Below are positions 12,338 to 24,530 of a stretch of 64,000 nucleotides of DNA, piece after piece. A program made the translations under genes and the position numbers. The notes below the pieces were generated by a model. The model had not been told where the DNA came from. It ran no database searches and was given only the letters and a program-made list of their open reading frames with translations. The number at the start of each line of letters is the position of its first letter. Positions within the stretch are counted from its first letter, which is position 1. The stretch spans positions 1,933,518 through 1,997,517 of the forward strand of contig MU053810.1 of assembly GCA_013239625.1 (NCBI GenBank), written 5' to 3'. Origin of the DNA: Lama guanicoe. Its lineage: Eukaryota.

Positions 12338-13446
12338 GTTTGTTTGTTTTAGTAAAACGTAATTCTATGAATGACTGTCTTCATTTCCCATGTCATCTTT
12401 TTCTGAATAGCTGCAGGCAATAAGGAAAAACAACAAACAGAGCTACTTCTAAACAAAATTGTAAAATAAAAAACCTATGCTTCCTTTCCTCGACCATCCC
12501 TTTCTTAGATTTTTCAGCACCTTTGCATCCTCCTGCTTTAAATGAATCAAAACCTATTCACTTTAAAGGTTGGATGTGACGATTCTGCAATCATTTGAAA
12601 TGATTTGAACTAGAATGTTACCCCCGTACCAGCTGTTTGTATTTTAAGTCAATCAGCTGTTCCTGTACAGAGTGAAAAATCTTCTCTGATGAAGAAATTC
12701 CAAGTACAAGAAAGGGTGCTGAAGAATCTTTAATGGTGATCTTCACCAAAGGGGCCGCTAAAAGCCACACAAAGCAACAGTCAAGGAGCACAGTATGCCT
12801 GAGGCTGGTCCCATGGGAGCAAGTCTCTCAGTACCTGATTCCCAGCTTCAGGAAAATTGAGTGTTACCCATCTCTTTCATCTGTGAGGACGTCCTGAAGG
12901 CTTGCCTAGAAAAAGTCTGCACCAGCTAATTGTCAGTATTACTGGCTTAAAACTAAACTGTGTGGATTTTTTTTTTTAATCAGTTGTCAAGTCATATAGA
13001 GCTAGAATCGTGGCTGCTTCCTTTTCCCACTAAGCCCTGTCTTCTGGCTCCGCCTACAATTTGCAAATAAGTCTTGTACTTTCTTACTCAAGTTGCCTCG
13101 GCCTTGGGGCCAGAGCACCATGACTTTGTATTTACAGCACCTCTTTTTCCCAGAACCTTCTTGGAGATTTTCATCTAATGAATCTTCATGTTTTTATCCT
13201 GCAGTGAATGAGGACAGTGAGTTCAGTCAAGGGATTTTTCTAAGATCAATTGTCTTTTCAGGTTGTTTGTTAAATCACTTTATTTTCTCTTAAATCAGTT
13301 GACCTGAAGCCTCCTGACAAAACAATTGCCATTTCAGAAGGTTTTTTTTAAATTAGTTATTTAATAATTTTAGTTATTTTAGTAATTTAGTATAGCATTC
13401 ATTCAATTGGAATGACGGCACTCATTCAATTTGCATATTCATTCAG

Positions 13447-13500
13447 TTTTCTCTGTCTCTCTGTCTCTTTCTCTCTCACACACCCACACACACACCCACA
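13447..13500. repeat. Compound imperfect (CT)n(CA)n microsatellite
   Basis: ctctgtctctctgtctctttctctctcacacacccacacacacacccaca read directly. Confidence 0.85.
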
Positions 13501-15237
13501 TAAACAATCGGCACTAAAGGTAAACAGTTCATAATTCACAAGCTCTGACCACAAGTAACTCCCAGATAGTTGCTCTTACACTAATGATGCAAGCTTCACC
13601 CCTAAGATGCTGTTGATGTTTTTCTCAAGTTGCAGGAAAGTAGATCACTCTTTCTTACAACAAGGTGACCATCTAACTTATCATCCAAATATTTATGGCT
13701 TTGAAAGTGAACAGGGGTACTATTACCAATTGTGCCTGGACCACAGACTCATTCTTTTTCCTGAGACACATCTTCACCCTATCTGACCCCCTCTTTGTAC
13801 CCCATACACACCTACAGCCCTTTACTGGGTATGCTGGTTTATACGCCCACCTCCTCCCTCCAAATTATGAGTTTCTTGGATCTTAGCTTACAACCCACTT
13901 CCCTCTTGCTGATGGTGGCTATAATGGTGGGTGTGATGGTGGACATGATGACTCGTATGCATGTGTTGCTGGGAAGCCAGGCATCCCCTACAAAAAAGCA
14001 TCGCAGGCGCTGGGTAAGAGCCATTCTCAAATCCAGGATGCTGACAATTCCTTCTAAAAACTCAGCTGCAGGCAAGCGGCATGGCCCTTGGTGTTCTTGA
14101 CGAATTATTTTATGAGAATGTTTGCAGAACTCAGATTTGGCCAGGAGGGCATGGGCTGATGTTCTTTTCTATTTTTCTTTTCTAGTCAAAATAGGATAGA
14201 ATAGGTTTACATTGGGATTTTACCTCTCAACTTGTAGTTTTGTTTAATTTTGTTGATATGAAGAGATAGTCTGAAAAGATGTAACTGATGGCCTTAAAAT
14301 TTTAAAAATACAGTATATTCTTTTCTGGACTCAAAATACAATTTCAATATAATAACAGGATTTAATGAGGACAGAATCCACTTGTTTAACTAAATAAACA
14401 AATTGAATGGTAGTAGAAGTGTCAGTAGAGGTAAACTTACTCTGAAGCAGATGGCAGCTGATTTTTGGACACAAGATCGAAAAGAAAATTACTACCTCAG
14501 CCCTGGAGCTAACAAATTCAGGACAAATTTGGAGCAATTCAACAGCTTCATTATGCTACAATGTTTCATATTCCTAATTAGCACGCTTTCCATTTCCCAC
14601 AGAAGAAAAACAAAGTTCTTTCTGCTCATAAATGGTCTCAATTTAGTATTCAGTAGTTTATAAGCTAAAACTGAGGGCTCTGAGTTGCGTTGGTAAACAC
14701 TTCACGCTCATCAATTTGCTTATTTGTTTAAATGGGTTTCTAATGGATGTTTGTTTTAATTTTTTAAGTGGATGTTAATTTAAACATTTTCATTTTTACA
14801 CTGTTACTCAGAACAGAATATTTGGATTTTGTTTTAAAAGTTTACCCAACAGACTCTAATTGTTTGAAGTTCCTTCTAGGAAATAAAATTGTGCTGAGCA
14901 ATTTTAAGTAAAATTAACCTCTGTTAAGGGGCTACTATCGAAGTACAATGGTGGTTTATTTTCAAAGCTCACAGTGGCTTCAAATGGGGTTTTCTCATTT
15001 ATGCCAGATCCCCAAGTCCTTCCTTCCAGCGATCCATAGGATTCACACAGATAGAAAGCAGATGGAAATGATTTGTCTGAAAGGAAGCCAGAGGGGATTC
15101 ATTTATACATTTAGGTTCTCATTCTCAAAATAATTACACACCATTCAGGTACTTTTACATAGTTTATAGTCAAATGGGAAAAAATTCAGCTATCCAGTCC
15201 AGGTTGAAATCTCTTTTAAAAAACAATGTTTGGACAA

Positions 15238-15648
15238 TGTGGTCGGCAGCATAATGCCTCCCCCCCCAAGATCCATGTCCTAATTCCTGGAAATTGTATG
15301 TTAGGTTACATGGCAGGGGGTTTAGGGTGCCAAATGGCTGACCTTGAGATGGGGAGATTATTCTAGTGAGTCCAGAGTAATCACAAGGGTCCTTAAATGG
15401 AAGAGGGGAGCAGAAGAGTAAGACATTTGAAGATGCTGCATGTCTGGTTTCAAAGTTGGAGGAAGGGACTGTAAGCCACGGATGCAGGAGGCTTTGAGAA
15501 AAAAATAGATTCTTCTCTAGAAGGATTGCTATCCTGCTAATGCCTTGATTTTAGCCCATTGAAACCCAGTTCAGACTTCTGACCTCCAGAACAATAAAGC
15601 AACTAATTTTGTGGTAACTTTTTACAGCAGCAATAGGAAACCAATACA
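15238..15648 (+). mobile_element. MaLR solo LTR, MLT1C/D-like
   Basis: Starts tgtggtcggcagcataatg..ccccaagatccatgtcctaattcctgga, contains ccttgattttagccc..cagacttctgacctccagaac, and ends cagcagcaataggaaaccaataca. Flanks gacaa/gtcag. Confidence 0.88.
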
Positions 15649-16286
15649 GTCAGATATGGTGGCATTTTGAGATGCTCTCCAGAGTCTACTACCATCACTA
15701 ATTCAAACATTTATTCTCTATTCAGTAATATAAGCACTTGCTGTGAGATGGGCAGGGTTATCAAGAGAACCCGGAATGATGCCCCTGTCCTCCGAGGAGT
15801 TTGTGGTCCAGTGTGGAAATAGACTCATAAATGCACAGACACAATCAGTGAAAGAAGTATTTTACAAATCACATTTCACATGCTTTTAAAGAGCAAGTGC
15901 CTATGTAACAACCCGAGCTTCCTAAATTTAAAACAAATTATTTACTCTCTTGGTCTCTCTGAATAGTCAGAACAATGTATTTCACCAAATATAGCTTCAG
16001 GGATAAAGAGGATACTCCAGACTGATTTTCTCAGTTGTTGCCAATTGCATCTCTAGATCTGACCAGCTTTGCTGACAAAGACCTCGAGACTTCACCCTAG
16101 GTGACCTCTGGGCTGAGCAAGCGTCACCAAGAGTTGCTTTGTGGCACAGTTTCTAATTAATTAACAAGTGATTGGCTAATTCCTGTCATAGGCAAATTTA
16201 ACTGTAGGTGAAATTGTAAAGTAAGCTAACATTTAGTGGTTCTGATTTGATATGTTCCACTTTCAAAGCATATTTTAAAAAGTGAC

Positions 16287-16497
16287 TGTTCGAGATTCGC
16301 AGATACTGACAGGCATATGTAAAACAGACAAACAAATTTATACTGTATAGCACAGGGAAATATATTCAATATCTTGTAGTAGCTCACGGTGAAAAAGAAT
16401 ATGAAAATGAATTTATGTATATTCATGAATGACTGAAGAATTGTGCTGTACACAAGAAACTGACACAACATTGTAAATAACTTAATAAAAAATTTTT
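16287..16497 (+). mobile_element. Young L1 3' end (~210 bp)
   Basis: Same 3'UTR as the 9437-10236 copy (actgtatagcacagggaaatatattcaatatcttgtagtagctcacggtgaaaaagaatatg). TSD aaagtgac at 16279-16286 and 16498-16505. Confidence 0.9.
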
Positions 16498-18149
16498 AAA
16501 GTGACCAATACAGGTTACATGCCAAAGTAATTAATTTATTACTGCAAGTAAAATATCAAAACACTGTGACCCAGGGAAAAGGGGAGCTCTAGGTACAAAT
16601 TTTATGTGGTTTAACCAAATTGCATGGGCAATCTTATCAGGCAGTTCTGATCCCAGACATTCCAGCTATATTTATAAAAAAGATTCCACCACAGAGCAAA
16701 AGCAATTCAGAATTATGGGTCAATAAAACTAAACATGCATACTGAAAAGTGAAAATGTATAAGCTAATAATCATAACAATTCAAAATATGTAACTGGAGG
16801 GAAAAGGAATTGAAAGTGTCACACATCCAGAAAATAACGAAGTAATGATGTGCCTTGGGAGAATTAACTGGGTGATGATATAAATGATTTAAAGCAATAA
16901 GCACTCTTCTTAAAAGAGCATCCAAGCCCTGTGGCTAAGTTTAGAAGAATTGTCTGCAACACCAACTAAAACAATTTGCTCTGTTTCCTTTTTGCTACTG
17001 GTTCAGAAATTCTGCTCATCAAATTATTAATATACCTGAAAATGTGGTCTTTTATAATTGTAATAACTCATGTAATTTTTTAAAGTGTTTTCCTTTCTCA
17101 GTTGTACAGTGACCCTAGAAATAATTTTCTATATGTAAATCATGTTTGTTTTTCATAGAACTGAATAAGTAACTTACTAAATAATGCATTTAATGTCTGT
17201 TAATTTCATACATTATTCTGCCACTAATTATGTGATAAAGATATTGATGCCCAGACAGCCTTTCTTTTTTGATAGAATTTTTCTTGGTAAAATAGATAGA
17301 AACAATAATTGTATCACAATATTATATCAAAAGAAGCCTAATGGTTTAAAGCAGAAAGCTTTGGCTTCATATTATAGTTATTAGCATCAAAGGTTGCCTT
17401 TTAGTCTCAAAAGTCCAAAGATAATAGTAGAAATATAACCAATGATTGGATAGAAAATCATTGTCTTTGAGACAGAAAAGAATGAAAGGGAACAGTTCAC
17501 AACACTTTTCAATTATTCTGACTCAGCCTTCAGAAGTCCTGAATAACATGCCATGAAAAACGTGTCACAGGAAGATCATTCAGAGAAAAAAAATAATCAT
17601 ATATCCTTCCACAATGGGGGAAGAGGGAAGGGCTGAGGCTGGGACACAACAGATTTGGTTAGACAAATCAGGAATATGAATGAAAATGAACTGACCTTTT
17701 AAATGTATTTTGTTCATCATTTTCCCCCCCAAATGTCACAAATCTTATTTGTGGTAAAAGAGTCAAATGACAAAAGCTTTCAGGAAGGGGGAAAACACAA
17801 GATGATCTTTGGGAATTGTGCACCTTAATATCCACACCTGACATGATCGAAAGGACAAATGAAAATCCAAGAGGCAAATATCTAGAGAATCACAGAACAA
17901 TGAAGAACAAGCCTCCGTGTGGAGGGAATGTAGCAACGAATTCCCTCTCCGCTGTGCAATGGTAGTCCACAGAGCAAGACTGATGAGTCAGCTGCTGAAA
18001 ATTCAGGAGGGCTTTAAGAGCTTCCCACTTGAGATCGCCAACAACAAAATCCAGAAGTGTGAGCTGATCACTATCACAAAACTATACATGTTCCTAGAAG
18101 ATTCTATCACGGTGTGTTGCAAACCGAGGGATAAATTAGAGTGACTTAG

Positions 18150-18577
18150 ACTGTTCTTACTCCTCGATTCTGGGTTGGGCTTGTGACTTGCTTTGGTCAA
18201 AAGGATGAGACAGAAATGACGCTGCATCAGTTCCCAGATGAGAACTCAGAAGTCCTTGCACAGTTCTACCTACAGCATCATGAGAAAGACAGGCCTGAGC
18301 TGGCCAGCTGGCCCCAGGAGGAAGATGAGACACAGAGACACGCAGGGCAGAGCTGCCCGAACTGAGCAGCTTGCCAACCCTGGCCCAGAGCAGAACTGGG
18401 AGCCACCCCTAGACCAGAAGGAGCCCAGCCACGATCAGCCACGTCCAGCTGAGATGAGTCCAGCCCCACCAGATCGGCTGATCCCCAGTCAACCCATAAA
18501 TGCAAAAGTTCTACAAATAAATGGTTCATTAAGCCATTGAGTTTTGGCTGGTTTGTTATGCAGTGAAACTTAATACA
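18150..18577 (+). mobile_element. Old MaLR LTR (MLT1H/I/J-like)
   Basis: cttgtgacttgctttggtcaaaaggatg...aataaatggttcattaagccattgagttttggctggtttgttatgcag..taataca is a typical MLT1 3' end. 5' boundary approximate. Confidence 0.78.
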
Positions 18578-19867
18578 TGGTCCCTAGACACAAAACCCTC
18601 TGTTTTTTTACCACTAAGTTAAAGGAACTGATCAGTATGATTAAAAAACAAAACAAAACAAAACAAAACTAGATTCCATTTTATCCTATCTCTGCTCCCC
18701 AGCTTCTCTGGGGGAAAACATTTCAATAATTAATGTCAGGCCTGTTCTGTCTCGGGTAAAAGTAGAATTTGTGACTTTGTAAAAACCTAGGAAACAAATT
18801 ATTTGTGCAATTATTATTCCAAGGTCTGAAATCTAGTCACATGGACTTCTAGGATATGGAAATCCCCCAAATCATAGGCTTTGATATAAATGGAAATAAA
18901 TCCATTAATACTTAGATATACTTTATAACTTTGCTGTTCTCTTTTGAACATTAAAAAAAATTCCTTATTTGTTGATAGAAGAGCTACATTGTTCAAGATC
19001 CTGTAATTTGAATATAGAAAGCTTCAAAAATAAATAAATAAATAAAACAGGTGAATGGCATTACATTTGATGGAAAAGAGGATTATATTATTAATTTTGA
19101 TAATGAAAATTACAAGTAACGATTTCTCATGAGGCAACACTGCTAGTATTACTTTTCTTTCAACTATCTAATACACAGAAGCTCATTGTATAGTGGCTTT
19201 CCATCGATAGCCCACTGTAAATTTTTAAAAAATCAATTCTCTTCCCTCAAGACAAAAGATTTATATGGTAAAAGTATTGAGGTAACCCATCTTCTACCAA
19301 GGTAATTAAGAGCTTGCAAGAGGCACTTAAGAAATCAAAGAAAATCTATCTGAAAAGTACCAGAGGGAAAAATTTCTCTATATGTTGAGGCTATAGATAC
19401 AAACTGAAATCAACAGCTCTTTGGAAGAGATTAAAAAGATATACAATATTAACATACAGTAAGATGCAAGCAAGTCAAGTGATTTCTTTAAAACTCATTT
19501 CTGAAGAATTGAATCAAACTAGTCTGCTTCATTCATTTTTCATTTGCATTTGACTTGATAAAGCTTTCAATTCTTGGTTCTCAGCATCTACATATTGCTA
19601 CTTAATAGAGGCCAAAATACCTTCTTGCTTATGCCATTTCTTAAGTTCTCCTAATAGGAATTCAATGGACCTCTATTTTTTGGTGGTGTAAACAAATCAC
19701 CCTAGCCATTCCTCATATTTCCTGTTGCCTATTACATCCATCCATCCATCACGGTGAGGGCAACATTATCTTCCTTGTATAATTTTGGTCAAGTCCTTTG
19801 AGGCTACAAGGACATCCGAGAAGATGGTGTTGTTCGCAATCAACACGCTTCAAAGTTATTAAATTTA

Positions 19868-20060
19868 TTTATCCATCCATTCATTTGGCAAATATTTACT
19901 GAGGGCAGTGATGTGCCAGGCACTGTTTTAGGCTCTGGGGATACAGGAGTGGCCAAAACAAATTCGTGCTCTCTCAGGTAGACAAAAATATGTATATAAT
20001 ATATCAGGAAGGGATAAGTGCTATGAATAAAAGGGCAAAATAAGGGAAGTGGGCAGTTAT
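19868..20060 (-). mobile_element. L2 3' end
   Basis: cattcatttggcaaatatttactgagggcagtgatgtgccaggcactgttttaggctctggggatacag is the canonical antisense L2 3' end. Confidence 0.85.
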
Positions 20061-20874
20061 TTATTCCCTCTGAAGAACGCAAGGGATTTCAGCTATGTTT
20101 GCTAATTGTCTCGGTTGTAATTTAAAATAGAATGCTAAAAGCTGAGGATATACAAACAGAGCAGATTTTGCTAAATAAGTAAATGCCACAGAGAAAAAAA
20201 ATGTTCCCAGGAAACAAAAATTTGCAAAACCTCTTCCACTGACAGCTAGTTTTCTAGTACCACTGATTTTATCAGCTGAAGTTAGAAATGGATGTTTCCA
20301 GGCATTTTGCAAAGGCAGGAAGAGTCACGATGTACGGCCTCTGTTTGGACACGCATGCGAGGCGATAGTGGGAGTTTTTGAAAATGAGAATTGTTTGGCT
20401 GTGTTTCATTACTCTTATCTTCTCTTCCGTTGACATCTTTTTATATTAAAGAAAAGCCTTCTGAACAAAAGAAAAGGAAAGAAAAAGAAAACGATTTTTT
20501 CCAGTGACTCTTGCGCTAAAGCAAAAAAGAGTTAAGATGAAATCAAGCCTTGCGGTGCAGGTCCTTGATGGAAAATAAAGCTTAAACACTTCAAAGTGAA
20601 GAACAAGGTGAACACAGATTCCTCCCAGGAAGGTGCAGCCGTTGCTGCCTTAATATTCATCAAAAAGCAACTCCAAAGGTCATTGATCACAACGAGGCCG
20701 GTCACTGGGTTGTAGGTAGTGACTGCATCCCATGAGTCAGGCACTAAAGGACCGCAGGGTGCAGGGAGCCTGCCCCAAGTTTCTACGTGGCCCCTACTTG
20801 CAGGAGCTGCCTCAGTGGTTCTGCCTCTAGCTCCCTGTCTCCACTCAAATATTCAAGCCCCAAGCTGCAAGACC

Positions 20875-21040
20875 TCAACTCTGTGAATTTGAGAAACAAC
20901 TTTAAATGGTCAGTATATTATTAGGATAGCAATAGTGTTTCCTCCATAGGGTTATTAAAAGCAGAAAATGAGCCAATATTTGTAAAGTGCTTGACAGGTA
21001 AGTGCCTGGTGCATAGAGAGTGCTAATAATATGCTTGCTA
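20875..21040 (+). mobile_element. MIR 3' part
   Basis: catagggttatt...atttgtaaagtgcttgacag..gtgcctggtgcatagagagtgctaataatatgcttgct. Confidence 0.7.
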
Positions 21041-21370
21041 AATAATGTTAGTAAAAACATGAAATAAATCTGTAGTAAGAGTCTACTCTCTTTGGAAATT
21101 AAATGAAACATCACCTATGATAGTTTCACTCAGTTTCTTCCTGTGGACACTACAGGAACCTTGTTGGATGTCCACACATCACCAGAGCCCTGTTTCATTA
21201 ATGTTCCAACATCTACTGGGCTGCCATTTTGACCTAACAATATGGTAGCCAAAGTGGAACCCATGCACTTTAGTGGGTTCATCTACTAAAGACAATCCAC
21301 TAATCAGGGTGAATAAAGTTTTAGAACTTCTCTGGACATTCGTTTTTATCTTAAAGTAAGATACAAATTG

Positions 21371-21495
21371 AGGTGGGAGGTGGGTATAGCTCAAGAGGTA
21401 GAGCGCATGCTTAGTATGCACAAGGTCCTGGGTTCGATGTCCAGTACCTCCATCAAAAAACATAAATAAATAAGTAAACCTAATGACCCCCCCAA
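21371..21495 (+). mobile_element. tRNA-derived SINE, camelid Vic-1-like
   Basis: tRNA-like head gggtatagctcaagaggtagagcgcatgcttagtatgcacaaggtcctgggttcgat with A/B-box-like motifs, an A-rich tail, and TSD aagatacaaattg (21358-21370) / aagatagaaattg (21496-21508). Confidence 0.9.
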
Positions 21496-22029
21496 AAGAT
21501 AGAAATTGTGCTTTTCTAATATTTATTACACAAGTTGAGAAGGATAGGAAATACGCATTTTAAATAAATATGAATTTATTGGGGATACTTGCACAAAAAT
21601 GTTTCATTTGATGAAACCCTCCGAGAGTACAGATCATCTACACGTTCTTCCTTGTTTCAGGTCCAACAACAGAATATGTATGTACATTTTTACTTAAAAA
21701 GCACAAAATGTAGTGGAAGCTTTCTTAATGTGGAGTTCATGTGTCCTTGGAGGAGCCAGGGTGGAATTCAGGAGGAGTATGAGCGCCTTGAAACCACACA
21801 AGACACTTTATAAGGCTGCATACATACATATTTATGAATTTTACTGGGCTTTAATACAACTTTCAATGAACCAAAGACTTCTCAAAACTTAGTGAGATGA
21901 GAGAAGCTTTTCAAAGTACTGAGAGTCCATTTGAAGGCATGTATTTTAAATGCCTCTTTTCAATAAACACAATTTAACTACAGAATTAATCGTTTCTAAA
22001 GAATTAAATCACTCCAGAGATGTTACATC

Positions 22030-24411
22030 AGCATCATGGTGGCATAAGACGTCCTCTTTTGTCTCCCTTTTGTAGCAAACAAAAGTGCCTCCGTGGGAGT
22101 CGTGGGGCCCAGCACCGTATGCTAATAAACCCAGGACAAGCCTCAGTAACAGGCAGACACACCTAGGTGCAGCCTGCGGAGCCAGCCCCAGCCCCTCCCA
22201 GCCATGGTCAGGGAAAGCGTGAAGAGTGTGATTTGAGCAGATATCCACGGATGAAAGAGAATTTGTAGACGTCCGGCTTCCCTGAAGGGAGAGTCCAGCA
22301 TGCCACTGGAGCAAAAAATCATAGAGGAATTTGGATGTAGCGGAGAGAGTAAGAGGAACTTTGTCAGGGCCACCCCTCCCCCAAGACGGATCAGAGCAGG
22401 GCTGAACCATCCGGAGTTGAGCTCTCCCCTGGGGAAAAAGGAGAGTGAATGGTGAGCAGCTACCCCATTTCTCTCCAATAGCACCCAAGTACTGAGGTGG
22501 GACCACCACGATTAGGGGGAGGGAGGAGATCAGGAAAGGGCAGGCAAGAGCACAGAGGGACTTTAAAGGATGTGGGTCGTGCTGACTGCAGTCAGGAAGT
22601 CAGCAGGAAGTCCAGGAGTCTCTGCGAGGACCTCACCCAAAGATCTCCCCAAGGTCCGCAGGTACCCACAGAGCCCTGCTATACACATACCTCCCCCCCA
22701 CCCCCCACGCCCTGCAGCCAGCTCCTTGTGAACACGCAGGAGTAGAGCCACAGTGGAAGTAAGTCGGGTAAATGGTGTGCGATCAAAAAAATGGGGTGGG
22801 AGGGGAACCACAAACTTGAGTTATAGCGCCACCTTCTGGAATACAAACGAGAGCTTTCCAGCGGCCAGCCTGCTGAGTTGTAAGAACCAGAGAAGACATA
22901 AAAAAGTAAGAATTCTTCCAAGAAATGTAGAGCAGGTGTAGCCATACAAGGTCGGAGAAAACCCCACATAGAACAGAACCTACATAGCCCAACTGAAGGT
23001 CATTAGTAACGATTTGAGGAAGCGCCTGCTACTTCCAATATGAAAGCATCAATGCAAAGCTATGAGGAACAGGAAGCATCAAGGAAATATGTCAACACCG
23101 AGAGATAACAATAATCCTCCAGCAAATGAGCTCAAAGGCACAGGATTTGTGATCTAGCTGACAAAAAAAAAAAAATTCAAAATAGCTGTTTTGAGGAAAT
23201 TCAGTGACCCACAAGAAAACTCAGAAAGACAGTCTAATAAAATCAGGGGAAAAAAATTCATGAACAAAATGAGAAATTTAACAAAGAAGTAGAGGTCATA
23301 AAGAAGAACCAAACAAATTCTGGAGCTGAAGAATCAATGAATCAGAGAAAAAAAATGTAACTGAGAGCATCAATACCAGTGAAAGTCAAATAGAAGACAG
23401 AATGAGTAATCCAGAGGACAGGACTTTGAAGTAACCTGATCAGAGGAAAACAAAGAAAAGAGAATGTAAAAAAGCAAAGAAAGCTGGCATGACCTATGGG
23501 ATTACACCAAATATGCAAATATTAAAATAATCAGAATTCCAGAAGAAGACAAAAATAGTGGGGGCAGAAAGTTTATTTGAAGAAGTAATAGCTGAGAACT
23601 TTCTAAACCTGGTGAGAGACTGGACAACCAAGTTTATGAAGTTAACAGATCACCTTATTATCTCAAAGGAAAAAAGAACTTCTCCAAGACAAACTGTAAT
23701 GAAACTGTCAAAAACCAAAGATAAAGACAGAATCCTAAAAGCAGCCTGAGGGGAAAAGGTGGTAATTTACAAAGGAACCCCTTTTAAGCGATCAGTGGAT
23801 TTCTCAACAGAAACTCTACAGACCAGGAGAGAGTGAAATGACATGTTTGAAATGTTGAAGAAGAAGAAAAAAAGAGCCAAGAATACTCGAGGTTAAATGA
23901 TTATAGGTAGTGTGATTGATTAGTGAATACACAATCGAAAAATAGGTAAATTGTGACATCACAAATATAAAAAGGATGGAGAAAAAGCATGGAGCGTTTG
24001 TGTGGGATAGAAGTGAAGCTGCTGTCGGCTGAAAATGGATTGTTTTATCTATGAGATGTTTTATGGAAGCCTATAAAGCAAAAGCCAAGGGCAGAGTCAC
24101 AAAAGATAAAGAAAGGGACACTGAGCATATCACTGTGGAAAATCACCAAAGTGCAAGGAAGGCGAAAACAGAAGGAGAAGGAAGCAATGGAAATACAAAA
24201 CAACCAGGAAGCACACAGCAAGATGACATCAGTAAGTCCTTACATATCAAGTTACTTTAACTGTAAATGGATTGAATCCACCAATGAAAAGGCACAGAGC
24301 AGTTGGATGGATTAAAAAAAAAAAAGACCCAACTGTAAGCTGCCTACAAGAGCCTCTCTTCAGTTTTAAGGACAGACATATGCTCAGAGTGAAGCGATGG
24401 AAAAAGATATT
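22030..24411 (+). mobile_element. Old L1 5' portion: GC-richer 5'UTR, decayed ORF1, spacer, and the start of ORF2 endonuclease; 3'-truncated
   Basis: ORF1 remnant in ORF 23558..23749 (ESLFEEVIAENFLNL...TSPRQTVMKLSKTKDKDRILKAA). ORF2 N-terminus remnant at ~24222-24411 (gtaaatggattgaatccaccaatgaaaaggcacaga..tggattaaaaaa..gacccaact..tgcctacaagag..gatggaaaaagatattc, VNGLN.P.KRHR...WIKK..P...CLQE...WKKIF). Many frameshifts. Confidence 0.92.
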
Positions 24412-24530
24412 CTAGTCCACACAGAGCCTCTAGGAGTTGGTCAGCAGTAGCATTTAAGTGTTCTTCCCAGTTTATGGCTCTAGCAGCTTCTATTCAGTTC
24501 AACTCATCTCAGCTGTGATCCTCTACACAG
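24412..24530 (-). mobile_element. Probable antisense L1 5'UTR fragment of a different old subfamily
   Basis: tccacacagagcctctag...catttaagtgttcttcccagtttatggctctagcagcttct..tctcagctgtgatcctct resembles antisense L1M 5'-end sequence, from memory. Confidence 0.5.

Noticed and set aside
14492..14499. let-7 seed match CTACCTCA
   Set aside because: No evidence of a 3'UTR here, and an 8-mer match is expected by chance.
21383..21452. tRNA-like sequence as a tRNA gene
   Set aside because: It has an A-rich tail and TSD, there is a second copy at 26595-26754, and there is no proper acceptor stem. It is a SINE.
22009..22992. Cluster of overlapping ORFs up to 166 aa
   Set aside because: They lie in the GC-richer L1 5'UTR, where stop codons are rarer. 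No coherent protein.
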